Positions 25,856-39,381 of a stretch of DNA of 64,000 bases are shown here, in pieces. Below the pieces are notes generated by a model. It saw nothing but the letters and a program-made list of their open reading frames with translations, made no database searches and was not told the origin of the DNA. Position 1 is the stretch's first letter, and every line of letters starts with the position of its first letter. The stretch covers positions 316,510,001 to 316,574,000 of the forward strand of contig OZ024743.1 in the NCBI GenBank assembly GCA_964016885.1. Reading direction: 5' to 3'. Both the position numbers and the translations under genes were made by a program. This DNA comes from Eledone cirrhosa. Taxonomy: Eukaryota.

Positions 25856-26485
25856 GAGCGGTGGATTGGCAGTATCGGTAGAGAGCCTGACACCATGCTT
25901 TGAAGCATAGTTACATCCTTTTACGGTCTGAGTTCAAATCCTGCTGAGGTTAACTTTGCCCTTCATCCTTACGGGGTCGATAAAATAAAGTACCAGTAAT
26001 GCACTGAGATAATTGCTCGCTTTGTGCCTAAAGTAGAAACAATTATTATTATTATTCCTTCTTAGGGAGGTGGGTTGGCAGTATCGGTAGAGGGTCGGAC
26101 GCCATGCTTTATAGCAAAGAGTTACGGCCGAGGTTAACTTTGCCTTTCATCCTTTCGGGGTCGATAAAATAAAGTACCAGTCACGCACTGGGGTCGATTT
26201 AATCGACTTTACTTCCCCAAAATTTCTGGCCTTGTGCCTATATAAGAAACCATTATTTCTTCTTAGGGCGGTGGATTGGCAGTATCGGTAGAGTCGGACG
26301 CCATGCTTTGCAGCATAGAGTTACGGTCCTTTACGGTCTGAGTTCAAATATTACCACGGTTAACTTTGCCTTTCATCCTTTCATCGATAAAATAAAGTAC
26401 CAGTAACGTACTGGAGTCGATTTAATCGACTTTCCCTTCCCCAATATTTCTGGCCTTGTGCCTATACTAGAAATCATTATTATTT
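25856..26485 (+). mobile_element. Three tandem SINE family B copies
   Basis: Heads at about 25857, 26065 and 26266, each following the (ATT)n tail of the previous copy. Confidence 0.85.
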
Positions 26486-26489
26486 CTTC

Positions 26490-26492
26490 GTA

Positions 26493-26525
<33 letters not shown>

Positions 26526-27102
26526 ACAGTAGAAGTAGTAGTAGTAGTAGTAACAGTAGAAGTAGTAACAGTAGAAGTAGTAGTAGTAGTAACAGTAGAA
26601 GTAGTAACAGTAGAAGTAGTAACAGTAGAAGTAGTAGTAGTAACAGTAGAAGTAGTAGTAGTAGTAACAGTAGAAGTAGTAGTAGTAGTAACAGTAGAAG
26701 TAGTAGTAGTAACAGTAGAAGTAGTAGTAGTAACAGTAGAAGTAGTAGTAGTAACAGTAGAAGTAGTAGTAGTAACAGTAGAAGTAGTAGTAGTAGTAAC
26801 AGTAGAAGTAGTAGTAGTAACAATAGAAGTAGTAGTAGTAACAATAGAAGTAGTAGTAGTAACAATAGAAGTAGTAGTAGTAACAATAGAAGTAGTAGTA
26901 GTAGTAGTAACAGTAGTAGTAGTAGTAACAGTAGAAGTAGTAGTAACAGTAGAAGTAGTAGTAACAGTAGAAGTAGAAGTAGTAGTAACAGTAGAAGTAG
27001 AAGTAGTAACAGTAGTAGTAGTAGTAGTAACAATAGAAGTAGTAGTAGTAACAGTAGAAGTAGTAGTAGTAGTAGTAGTAGTAACAGTAGAAGTAGTAGT
27101 AG
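26490..27102. repeat. (AGT)n-derived higher-order microsatellite: (AGT)k-AAC-AGT-AGA units
   Basis: Seen directly; produces the spurious poly-L, poly-T and poly-Y ORFs. Confidence 0.95.
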
Positions 27103-27435
27103 CTGCAGTGTATGCATGCATTGTTCATTTATTATGCAGTGCATTTGCTTAACAATGCAATAAGAAATTGGATGGAAATAAATTTGAAATTGTAGAAGAA
27201 AGACAAAAAAAAAGATTTGTGTTGATTTTCATTCTTAATCATTTAGTTCACTAATATTTCTGAGATGGGGGGGGGGGGGATATATAGCAATTATTTAAAT
27301 AATCAATCAAAATGAATAATTGATTTGTTGAAAAGAAAAATCACCCGCAGCCCACCCCCTTACACCACCACAAATAAAGAACCAATAAAGGAAATGAATT
27401 TAAAAGTAGCAACAAAAATAAGTGTTTTAATGTGT

Positions 27436-27635
27436 TTTTTCCCTGTTAAAGCCTTGCACACTCCTTAGTTTTAAGGAGTTGTTCCCTGTTAAAATAGGAG
27501 TTAGCCTTGCAGACTCCTTGGTAGTTTTAAGGAGTTTTTCCCTGTTAAAACAGGAGTTAGCCTTGCACACTCCTTATTAGTTTTAAGGAGTTTTTCCCTT
27601 TTCCCTGTTAAAGTAAGTTAACCTTGCAGTCCCTT
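27436..27635. repeat. Roughly 55-60-bp minisatellite, 3-4 copies
   Basis: TTCCCTGTTAAA...GCCTTGCACACTCCTT...AGTTTTAAGGAGTT repeated. Confidence 0.8.
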
Positions 27636-28186
27636 TGATAAGTTTTTTTTTCCCATTTTCTGGTATCATTTACATCACCCTCCCTCATCACCAACATCTC
27701 TGTCTTTCATTTCTTCTGCCATCATCCTTAGCCATATCTGTCTTGGTCTTCCTCCTCTACTTCCTTCCTACATTAATTTCCATCATTCTGCTCAACCAGT
27801 CACATCTCATTCTCGAACAAAGAAGAAATAATAAAAAGAAAAAGAATATATATATTTATGAAATACTGCAAATGAAATAATTTGTTTAATAATCAATTTT
27901 AGTTATCAGACTGGGTTGATAATGTTTCAAATATTTCATATGTAAAAGTTTGATCATATTGTTTTAATTATAAAGGTGAACATAATTAGATTACATTGCA
28001 TTGAAATCAATTCATTGGATAATTACTATATTAAATGGTGCAAATGAAAATACACACACATTTATTATAAGTATACATATATATATGAATATGTGTGAAT
28101 GTGTATATATACATATATACACACATGCACACACACACACACATATATATATAGAGAGAGACTTATATAGCTAGATAGATGGATAC

Positions 28187-28222
<36 letters not shown>

Positions 28223-28228
<6 letters not shown>

Positions 28229-28322
28229 GTCCCAAAAAATGTATACACATTTTAATTACCTGTACAGGCAATGTTTATTAGAATGCTGTTGAAGTGTGTA
28301 TACATTTTTTGGGGACACCCTG
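28223..28322. mobile_element. Tc1/mariner-like 100-bp MITE
   Basis: TIRs AGGGTGTCCCAAAAAATGTATACAC / GTGTATACATTTTTTGGGGACACCCTG with TA flanks. Confidence 0.85.
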
Positions 28323-28829
28323 TATATATACATATGTGTGTGTGTGTTTATAAATAGATAGATATGTGTTTAGTGAAAGCTTAGTGGTTAAAATGTTTGT
28401 TTCATGATCTTAAGATTGTGAGTTTGATTCTTGGTAGTGTGCTGTCCTTGAACAAGACACAAGATTTAAAAGATTTAGTTCAGTAATACACACACAGAGA
28501 CAGACACATATAAATATATACATATAATATATATATATATCATCATCATCACCATCATCATTGACTGGTTGTTTTTCCATCTAGCAAGGTCAGTACTTAT
28601 TCAGTGCCACTGATCTCTCAGATGGATAGGAGAGGTGGAGCTACATCTTGTTTACATATATTCCCATACTTTAAAGAGTGCACCCTACATTTTCTCAGAG
28701 TATATGATTACAACATTCTATGTTGAAGTTACATAAATCTCCAGTATCATCATCATCGTCATCCTCATTATCATAATCTTCTCCTCCTCCTTCTCACTGT
28801 CAATGAAATACATTATTATTAGCTTCAGG

Positions 28830-29430
28830 TCTTTATGCTCTGAGTTCTTATCCTGCTGAAGACAACTTTGTCTTTCATCTTTCCAGGATCAATAAAATAC
28901 CAGTTATATACTGGAGTAAATATAATTTAGCCTTTCACCTGAATTTTCAGCCTTGTTATTAAATTAGAAACAATTATTATTAGAGTTATTATCAATGTAG
29001 ATGCAACCATCGCTGTATGATTAAGGGGTTTACTTTGCTATTCAAATCAATAATTTCATACCTCATTCATTTACTTCAATTACAAATATTTTTTCTACAT
29101 CAGTTCTATACACTGATTCATTTATGTACACGTACATATATTTATATATACCTGTATTAATATATATATATATATATATATATAAATTCATAATTGAGAC
29201 AAGCAGACAGGATATAAAGTTACCTAATTTAATTCATGGTCTCAACCGCAGTTTCACCGTGTAGAAACCACAAATTAAATTAAATAACTTTTTATTTTGT
29301 TTGCTTTTCCCACTTATGAATTTATAACAGTCTGACTGATTAATTATTTAATTCATTCAATCATTGAGTAAAATCAGAAACCAATGGACACCCTTATATG
29401 TATGTGTATGCTTATGTATCTTCAATAATT

Positions 29431-29474
<44 letters not shown>

Positions 29475-29530
29475 AGCCCATGCTGTAAAGTGGTTGTGTA
29501 GGAGTCACGACAAAAAGCACCCAGCACACA
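28830..29530. repeat. Left arm of a roughly 700-bp inverted segmental duplication (partner at 32510-33735)
   Basis: Collinear reverse-complement matches: 29185-29440 with 32620-32875, 28981-29160 with 33420-33600, and 29475-29525 with 32515-32565. Confidence 0.85.
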
Positions 29531-29757
29531 CTGTAAATGTGGTTACCGTTAGGAAGGGCATCCAGCTGTAGAAACCAATATGTGAGAAAAGGTAAAAGGA
29601 AAATAGTTCTCAATTGGGTAGAGAGCAGAAATATATTATTTATTTATGTCCATATACAGAACAAAAGCATTAGCCAAGAATTCAAGGCCCAAATTTGACC
29701 ATATCTCCAGAATACAAGAGACATCAAATTTATGACCTTTCTTCAGGCTCTTATATG

Positions 29758-29813
<56 letters not shown>

Positions 29814-30112
29814 TACATATAAATGAATCAGTGTATTGAACCACTGTAGAAAAAGATTTAAAATTTCATCATATTTTCTCTAACTACCAACTACACTGAG
29901 TGAAGGAATAAAGAAAAAATAAGATAAAATGGAAAAAGTGACTGGAGGGTATGTTCATGGTTATAGAGATAATGTACGTTAATCTGTTTTCGAGTATGGA
30001 GGGGTACACATAAAGTGGATATGTGATGTGCTGAGAGAAGATATGGGTAAAGATATTGTAATAATAGGGTTAATAGTGTATAAAAACCAGTGGGCTTGTA
30101 GATTATTTTTAA

Positions 30113-30319
30113 CCCTTTAGTATTTCAACCAGCCATAACCAGCCACAATTCTCTCACCTCTCTCTCTTCAAACCAGCTGTAATCGGCTGACATTAAGGTA
30201 TTCTCAAAATAAATAATATTAAAATCTCATAGATTCGATATTAAGTAAGATAATTATGACGTAATGCTTTTACTGTGAAAATACAATAGTAAATATAGAG
30301 TAATGTAAATGCTAAAGGG
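30113..30319. mobile_element. piggyBac-like MITE
   Basis: TTAA|CCCTTTAGTATT ... AATGCTAAAGGG|TTA; sister copies at 35343-35561 and 48080-48364. Confidence 0.8.
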
Positions 30320-31583
30320 TTATGGTGAGTTTCAAACATTTAGCTCTGTTCTTCATGCTAGTGTAAGTATTTTATTAAATGTAAGCGGTTCCTGAATATT
30401 TCACTTTTAAAGTTGAGGCATTCTTTAGCTAATTGTAAACTCCAGACTCTTCTGTTTTTCTCACTGTAGAAATATATGTGTGTATGTATACAACATTCTT
30501 GGTTTTCTTCATATTATTGCTAACATATCCTGTTAACTGACACATGTGCACATTACACTTCCATGACAGAAATATATATCAACATGAGTGCCGGACAGAC
30601 AACATGCTTTGCAGCATAGAGTTACTGTGTTCTGAGTTTAAATCCCACTGAAGTTAACTTTGCCTTTCATCCTTACAGGGTCAATAAAATAAGGTGCCAG
30701 TAACATACTTGGGTTGATTTAATTGGCTTTCCCCTTGCCCAAAATTGTTGGCTTTGTGAGTAAATCAGGAACCTTTATAATGATATACATATATATATAT
30801 ATGGATGTATTGATATCATCATCATCATCATCGTTTAACGTCTATCTTCCACGCTTGCATGGGTTTGAACGGGAGTTTTCCCACTTGAGGCAAGAGTGGT
30901 TGTCTTGCTCGCATAGGACTGTCTGGCAGGTTTTCTACGGCTGGATGCCCTTCCTAACACCAACCACATTTAGTGTGGGCTGGGAGTTTTTTACAGTGTT
31001 ACCTACACGGCCACATTACAGCGTGGACTGTGTGTTTTTTTTGTTGTGACACCTACATGACCTCATTTGTTTCGGACTGGATGTTGTGGTACCAACATAA
31101 CTTTACATTGAAAGGGGTGGTGTGGATGAGGTGGGGGTAGTGGGACGGGGGTGTATTTTGTTAGAGGTGCCTACTGACTGTAGTAGGTTTCACTTTGTAC
31201 TTAGGTAAGGTGGGTCTTCTCTATTACTGTGTAGCGCCAAAGATCTCGGTCCAGTGACATTGTCTTGGAGAGGTGTAAGTGTGTGAGGTCGGAATTTATC
31301 AAGTCGTCCCATGTTTTTCTGGGTCTGCCTACTCCGTGGCTACCGTCTATTTTTATTGCCCTGCACTTTTTTTATACAGCTGTCGTCTTTCATGTGCATC
31401 ACGTGACCATACCATATATATATGTGTGTGTGTGTGTGTACATATACATATATCATTATAACAAAACACATAAATATATATATATTCAAATTGTCTTAGA
31501 GTTCTTTATTCGTTTATTTCTCACCTGTAGAATTTATGCTGATTTCTTTTTATTTTCTCTATTTTCTATTTGTTCTGTTCCAG

Positions 31584-31725
31584 GTAGGCGTTGCTATAGG
31601 ATTTCTTGTACCTCCTGTGATAGTAACAGATAATGGTGTGATAGAAGACATAGGACGAGACCTGTCACATATGTTCTATGGAACGGCTGGAGTTACGACT
31701 GCACTCTTTCTCTTGTGTTTAGTTG
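31584..31725 (+). CDS. FLVCR: FLVCR exon (142 nt)
   Basis: TTCCAG|GTAGGC; VGVAIGFLVPPVIV...DLSHMFYGTAGVTTALFLLCLV; donor GTGAGT; phase-compatible with neighbours. Confidence 0.95.
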
Positions 31726-32881
31726 GTGAGTACAATCAATGTGAAGGTTTGTTTGTCGATTTTTCCTCTTTTCCTTGACTGCATTGTTCTCGTGAGATAA
31801 CCCGTGTTATTATTGTTTTATACTTTTACTAGTTTCAGCCAGAAGACGCATAGCCTAGAGGTTAGGGTACTCACAACCATTTTTGTTAAATTGCTAAGTT
31901 ATGGGACATAATCACCGACATCGACACACACACATACACTCTAAAGTGGTCATGTTGTTGACATGACAAAAACCACCCTGCCCATACTGTATAGTGGTCA
32001 TGTAGGTATCACGACAAAAAGAACCCAGTACACACTGTATATATGGTTGGTGTTAGGAAGGGCATCCAGCCGTAGAAACCAAGCCATAGCCAGTCCTGTA
32101 TATGCAAGTCATGGTCATCAGATATGGCTTGTCTAACAATGGAGCAGCCCGTCTAAACCATGTTAACATGGAAAATGGACGTTAAATGGTGATGATGATG
32201 ATATATATAAACAAGGTCTAATTTGTAAAGTGGTAGTGCTGGTGATGTGATCAAATGCACCAAATAGATTCTGTAAAGTGAGAGCATATGAGTGTAGTCC
32301 CCTGACAGAATTGGACAAGACATCCAATCTGTGTCAGCATGGAAAATGAACTTAAAATGATGATGGTGATAATCGTCAGACCTCTGCAGTTACTACCCAC
32401 CAAATTTTACTCATAAGGTGTGAGTGGTAGATAGTATCAGCAATGGAAAAACCAACAGAAACATAGTTTACTTGGTCCTATCTGCAAATTGGCTTCTTTC
32501 TTTTTCATGAGTAGACTGGATGTTTTTTGTCGTGACTCCTACACAACCACTTTACAGCGTGGGCAGAGAAAAGCGGACGTAAAATGATGATGATGATGAG
32601 ATGATAATGATGATATATATATAAAACAAATTATTGAAGATACATTAGTATAGACATACATATAAGGGTGTCCATCAGTTTATGGTTTCACTCAATGAAT
32701 GAATTAAATAATTAATCAGTCAGACTGTTATAAATTCATGAGTGGGGAAAAGCAACCAAAATAAAAAGTTATTTCATATAATTTGTGGTTCCTACACGGT
32801 GAAACTGCAGTTGAGACCATGAATTAAATGAGTTAACTTTATATCCTGTTTGGTTGTCCCAATTATGAATTTATATATATA

Positions 32882-33261
32882 TAAATGGAAACTATAATTC
32901 TAATATATTTCAAGGGTACCAAAACTTTGGTAATAATACAAAGTTTGTTTTATAAATATTGACATATCCAGGAAGGAGAGCTTAACGGTTCAAGTTTTTC
33001 CAGGAAAAACTTGAACCGTTAAGATCTTCTTCCTGGATATGTCAATATTTATAAAACAAACTTTGTATTTTATCTGATGAGAGCGTACAAAAGTTTTGGT
33101 ACCCTTGAAATATATATAATAGAATAAATATGGTTTTATAAATATAGTTTTCATTTATTTAATATCATTGATATTATACTCCAGAAAACCTGTCGAGTGC
33201 TCTGAATCAGTTATAAACATATATATTTGTTGAATTACCAACAAATTGAATATCCCCTTTG

Positions 33262-33265
<4 letters not shown>
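32882..33265. mobile_element. HHR-bearing fold-back element inserted in a (TA)n tract
   Basis: Palindrome centred at about 33003; same family as 58265-58583; absent from the paralogous site at 29158-29184. Confidence 0.85.
33068..33124 (+). ncRNA. Hammerhead ribozyme, type I
   Basis: TTTTAT CTGATGA GAGCGTACAAAAGTTTTGGTACCCTT GAAA TATATATA^ATAGAA. Confidence 0.8.
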
Positions 33266-33315
<50 letters not shown>

Positions 33316-33914
33316 CAGGTATATATAAATATATGTACGTGCATATAAATGAATTAGTGTATAGAACCGATGGAGAAAAATATTTGTAATTGAATCAAAT
33401 GAATTTATATATATATTCTTAATACAGGTATATATAAATATATGTATGCGTATATAAATGAATCAGTGTATAGAACTGATGGAGAAAAAAAATTTGTAAT
33501 TGAATTAAATGAATGAGGTATGAAACTATTGATTTGAATAGCAAAGTAAACCCCTTAATCACACTGCCATGGTTGCATAATAATTGTTTCTAATTTAAGA
33601 ACAAAGCTGGAAATTCTGGTGAGAGGCTAGATGATTATATTTACCTCAGTATATAACTGGTATGGTACTTTATTTAATGATCCTGGCAAGATGAAAGACA
33701 AAACTGTCTTCAGCAGGATAAGAACTCAAAACAGGTATAGCTTGTCTCTGCTTGTTTTGTGCACTGAAATGAATGCTATCAACCTTGATGCACCAAAACC
33801 ATAGTGATTTCCATAGATTGACTGAGGAGATGGAACTGTCCATCTTTCCATTGTTTTTCCATTTCCTGTGTGATATTTTGAGTACACACACACATATGTA
33901 ATATATATATATAT

Positions 33915-34890
33915 CATCATCACCGTTTTACGTTCATTCTTCCACACTAGCATGGGTTAGACGAGTTGTCCTGTTGTGGGCAGTAGCCGGTCGGCTGACC
34001 ATGTCTTACTCATATGGATTCTGGCTTGATTTCTACAGCTGGATGCCCTTCCTAACACCAACCTCATTAACAGTGAGTGCTGGGTGCCTTTTTTCCGTGG
34101 CACCTCCACGACCACTTTGCAGTGGGAGGGTGTGGGGGCATATTGTGTATATGCTTCAGCTTCGGCTTATACCTGTGGGGGGTCAGGTCTTCTGTATTAC
34201 TGCGTGACGCCAGAGGTCACGGTCGTGTGTCATTGCCTTTGAGAGGTGTAATTGGGTAAGGTCGGCTTTTATCACCTCATCCCAGGTCTTCTTGGGTCTC
34301 CCCACTCCGCGGTTTCCATCGACTTCTAGTGCTCTGCACCTTTTTATGCAGCTGTCATCCTTCATACACATCACATGTCCATACTAATGCAACCGCCTCT
34401 TCTGCACACAGCATTTGATTCCTCTTATGCTCAGTCTCTCTCTCAATTCATTTATGCTTTGTCGGTCGCGTATATTACTATTACACATCCATCGGAGCAT
34501 GCAGGCTTCATTTCTTTCTAATCTACGCAAGTCTTCTACAGACAGCGCCCAGGTCTCACTACCATGCAACATTGCTGTTCATATACATGCATCATACAGT
34601 CTGCTCTTCACTTTGAGGAAAAGCCTTTTCCAGCTAGCTGTGGCAGTAGCCCCCTGAACTTCTATCCCGTTCTTACCCGAGTTATTGTACTTTCCGAACA
34701 CCCACCTTCGCTGCTAATTCAGTCACCTAGGTAGCAGAAGCTGCCTACTGTTTCTACAGAGCCCTCCTAGAGTTTGGTGGTACTTGTTTCCTGTGGCTGT
34801 TTCCTGTGGCTGTAGCACAGTTGCTACATGTGAAGCCTACATTCTTAGTTAAGCTTCCTGAGATCCCGCTACATCTCTTGTGTACCCATA
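33915..34890 (-). mobile_element. 5'-truncated, decayed copy of the 17712 RTE family
   Basis: MLHGSETWALSVEDLRRLERNEACMLRWMC; same 3'UTR. Confidence 0.9.
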
Positions 34891-35342
34891 TATATATATA
34901 TACATGTTCTCACACATGTATATTTCAAAACTTCCAATTATAATTTTATGTAATAACCTTTGTCAGCTTATATTCTAAACACCAGCTTAAAAATAGGAAA
35001 GTTAACTATCCTTCAAATACTTGATTATTTTCAAATTCATTTGAAAATCATAGACAGTTTCTTTCATTAGACATATGGTAATTAAAGCACCAGGAAAACC
35101 ATTTGTGAAAGTCTAGCTATCCTCTTCAAAGCCAGGAAATACTTCAGTTCAGTGAGGCTGTTGATCAATTAACACTGATAATAGAACACTGTTTCCATGT
35201 CCGGGACTGTTCTGTTGTTGCTGTGTGTGTGTGTATGTGTTGAACTTCTGTCGGTTAGGACCATGAATGCTCTGGTTATTTGATTAACATAATCTTTAGT
35301 CATGTGACTCTACTAAGACAACAGCAACAACAAGCATTTTTA

Positions 35343-35561
35343 CCCTTTAGCACTTACATTACTCTATATATACTATTGTATTTTCACAGTAAAGGCTTTA
35401 CCTCACATAATTATCTCACATAATATCAAATCTGAGATTTTGATATTATTTATTTTGAGAACAATACCTTAACATCAGTATGAGTGGCCAGTTACAGTTG
35501 GTTTGATCAGAAAGAGATAGGAGAATTCTGGCTAGATACAGCTGGTTTAAATGCTAAAGGG
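35343..35561. mobile_element. piggyBac-like MITE
   Basis: CCCTTTAGCACTT ... AATGCTAAAGGG|TTAA; inverted relative to the 30113 copy. Confidence 0.8.
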
Positions 35562-35899
35562 TTAAGGCTATTTTCCCTGCTAAAACAAGACTTAACTTTG
35601 TAAGCCCTATGGTAATCTTTGCCATTTTGCCTAATTGTATGCACCCCATCACCAACCCTTGGTTTTTGTTTTCCCTTCCGTGCTTTTCATGGTCTTCCAC
35701 TTCCTCTACTTTCTGCCACATTCATTTCCATTACTCTATTCACCCAGTACCCTTCCTCAAGACATGTCCCAGCCATCTCATCCTATTTCTCTTCACAACA
35801 TTCATCATAGGCTCCATTAGCAATATCCTCTGCAATTCATTTGTTTGTCTTCCTCTCCCTAAGCGATAATTCACTCACTTACCAAACCATTCCCATTTT

Positions 35900-36250
35900 T
35901 ATTTTTTCCATCCATCTCCACTACTCCATGTCTTTCCTGCATGTCTTTCCAGCCATCTCCACTGCACCATGTCTTTCTCACATGTTTTTCCAGCCATCTC
36001 CCCAGCTCCACATTCATCCCCCATATCTTTCCAGCTACCTCCCTTCCTCCATGTCCATCATCCATGTCTTTCCAGCTATCGCCCCTCCTCCATGTTTTTC
36101 CAGCCATCCCCCTTGCTCCATGTCCATCCCCCATGTTTTCCCAACCATCTTCGCTGCTCCACACCTTTCTAACCATCTCCCCTTCTCTACATTCATCCCA
36201 CATGAATTTCCAGCCATCTCCCCTGTTCCATGTCAATCCTCCATGTCTTT
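35900..36250. repeat. C/T-rich degenerate minisatellite
   Basis: Repeated CCATGTCTTTCCAGCCATCTCCCC units. Confidence 0.8.
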
Positions 36251-36373
36251 CTATAAAAATAATAAATCTGCTCTATAAATAATATTGTTAATCCATTTAT
36301 TTATTTTATCATTTCAATTCAGATAGTTATTCTAATATATTTCTTTTCTTTGTTTCACTTTCTTATACTTCAG

Positions 36374-36514
36374 GCTTCCAGAAGGAACCACCAGAACCAC
36401 CAAGTCGGGCTCAGATGTTGGCTCTTCAAGCAGGCTTGGGTGCTGACAACTATTTGGTCACTCTTTTTCGTCTCTTAAAGAATTGGAGTTATACATTGCT
36501 GATGGTAACGTATG
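36374..36514 (+). CDS. FLVCR: FLVCR exon (141 nt)
   Basis: TTCAG|GC; FQKEPPEPPSRAQ...NYLVTLFRLLKNWSYTLLMVTYG; donor GTAAGT; phase 1 on both sides. Confidence 0.95.
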
Positions 36515-37240
36515 GTAAGTAATTCCTTGACATCGCTGTAAAAAAAAAAGTCTGTCTCAAGCCCTGAAGCTCATCAGGCTGATGTTTATCCTGGTTTCCA
36601 TGGCATGAAGCGACTGAGAGTATAAGACTTCCCCTGGACAGGATGCCAGTCCATCACAGGATTAAGCCCCCAGTTATTGCTAGTACTCATGTTCAGCTGA
36701 GTATACTGGAGCAATGTGAAATGAAGTGTTTTGCTCAAGAACACAACACACAACCCATCGTAAGTCCAACACCTTTACTGCTAGTTCAAATGACCATCTA
36801 TATTACACACTGTGTTATACTCAATCTCTCTGAGAGTTTGCCTGAGTTCGCCTGTCTGTGAAATACTCAGTCAGTTACACATTAATTTCATGATCAGGCT
36901 GTTCCATTAACCAAACATCGAAGCTGACATGTATTACAATCCCTTTGTGTAACATGATTTGTATTATGGCCAAAAAATGAAGGCCGGTGGATTGGCAGTA
37001 TCGGTAGAGAATTGGACAACATGCTTTGCAGCATATAGTTACAGCCTTTTATGTTCTGAGTTCAAATCCCAGCAAGGTTAGCTTTGTTTTTCATTTTTGT
37101 ATAGTGTCAATGTATTAGTAACGCACCAGGGTCGATTTAATTGATTTTTCCCTTCCCCAAAATTGTTGGCCTTGTGCCTAAATCAGAAACCATTATTAGA
37201 GTTGTTATTGAGACAATATTGTTTTATCTCTTCTGTACAG

Positions 37241-37308
37241 GAATGAACACAGGGTCTTATTATGCTATCTCAACATTACTAAACACAGTTGTTTTGAAGT
37301 ACTTCCCA
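37241..37308 (+). CDS. FLVCR: FLVCR exon (68 nt)
   Basis: TACAG|GA; MNTGSYYAISTLLNTVVLKYFP; donor GTAAGT. Confidence 0.95.
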
Positions 37309-39381
37309 GTAAGTATACCTCTTTCTTTGTTTCCTTTGTCTACTTGTTTTTTAATGTTTGTATTGGTCCAACAGTCTAACAATTCTGACAGTTCTCCAAT
37401 TTCATAAATATTGAGCTAATGCAATAATCATGATATTATATTTTAGGCACAAGGCCAGCAATTTTGGTTGGGGGAAGAAAGTTGATCATATCGACCCCAG
37501 TACTTGACTGATACTTTATTTTATCAACACCACACATGCATCCTCCTCCAAGAAAGTGCCAGAACATAAATAAAGATATAACAGTCACTATTGAAGCCAG
37601 GGATAGGAATATGGGCAATCTCAGAATAAAAGAATCTATACTAATAGCCAAACTGAAACCCCAAATCAAGAATAGACTAGAACCCAGTGGCTAACGTAGC
37701 CATACATAGTACCACATTTGATTTGATTTCAAAAATGATACAACAATAGTTTAGATCACATACAACATAATCCATTCACCATTTCCAGCATTAAAACAAA
37801 AAAGTTACCACTTTCAAATAAAAAACAAAATGGCAGCTTTAGAGCAATTAGAAAATATACAGCTCCAAACTGGTTTCTTCTATTGATCTTTTGATGAAAG
37901 GATTTTTTTCGCAAATATAAGGACCTATAAAGAACTGCAAGGTAAAATCCTAGAATTATTGTTATCATCATATTTTTAACATTTACTGTCCAATACACAT
38001 TGTGATAGCTTTCAAATAAAACACTATTTTCTACATTTTACTCTATGCTTTACACAATTTAATATATAATGATTGGAGGATTGCGGGATTGTGCAGGGAT
38101 ATTTTTTCTGAACACGTCATTGAAATAAGTTGGATTATTTTGAATAAATCATGAATGAATATTATGTAATTTATCTACTAAATTTCGAAGCTGTTGATTA
38201 AACATAAATATTCTTATATATAAGTAATGTATAGCTTATTTTAAGATTCACTTCTTTAAAATTTTCAAATGTCTACACTTCGGTTAGCATCTGTTATAAA
38301 ATAACACATAGCTGTATGCTATATCACATCGCTTATATAAACGTTCATATATTTGCATCGTAACTTTTATATTTCCGTCGCTAATTTTCTCCTTTTTCAT
38401 TTTCATAACATTTTGCCATAATGCAGTTTATATATAATATTGTCTTTTTTAAATGTACCATGGATTACTTTACTGATTACAGAAAAGAGCGTAACACAGT
38501 TTCTCTTCAATTTCTGTGCATATTATCAATTATGATTTTATTTGATGTATCATATCTACAGGCATATATATTTACATATAATATCAATATGCATACTACA
38601 CATGCTAGCAGAAAACCACCCAAAGGCTGGTTTTACTTCTAGTAATGATAATAATAATAATTGTTTCTACTTTTTTGGCACAAGGCCAGCAATTACCCAG
38701 TACATTACTGGTACTTTATTTTATCGACCCCGTAAGGATGAAATAATAATAATAATGGTTTCTAATTTAGGCACAAGGTCAAACACTACGAGGGGAGGGG
38801 AAAGTCAATTAAATCAACCCCAGTGCATTACTGATATTTTATTTTATCAACTCTGAAAAGCAAAGCTAACCTAGGCAAGAGAACTCAGAACACAAAGCAT
38901 GTTGTATGACGCTCTACCAATGCTGTCAATTCACCACCCTTATAATAAAAATAATGATAATGATTTCTAATTTAGGCACGAGGCACAACAATTTATGGGG
39001 AGGGGGATAAAAGGTAAAGTTGAACGTGGTGGGATTTGAACAAATATGGCAAAGTATTTTGTCTCTTGTTCTAATGATTCTGCATAATAATAATATTGCT
39101 GTTATGTTGTTATTGTTATATTGTTGTGTTGTTATTGTTGTTGTTGCTGTGATGTTGTTATTGTTATGTTGTTCTGATGTAATTATTGCTTCCGTTATGA
39201 TGTATTTGTTGTGTTGTTCTTATTGCTATGATGTTGTTGTTGTGGTGTTGTTGCTGTGATAGTGTTGTCATGATTTTGTTGTTGTTGTTGTGTTCTTATT
39301 GTTGTGAGGTTATTGTTCTTGTGATTTTGTTGTTGTGTTGTTGTGGTGTTGCTGTTATTGTTGTTGTGATTTTATTGTTAA

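Noticed and set aside
26467-27144. Poly-L, poly-T and poly-Y ORFs
   Set aside because: They come from the (AGT)n-derived repeat and have no splice or coding context.
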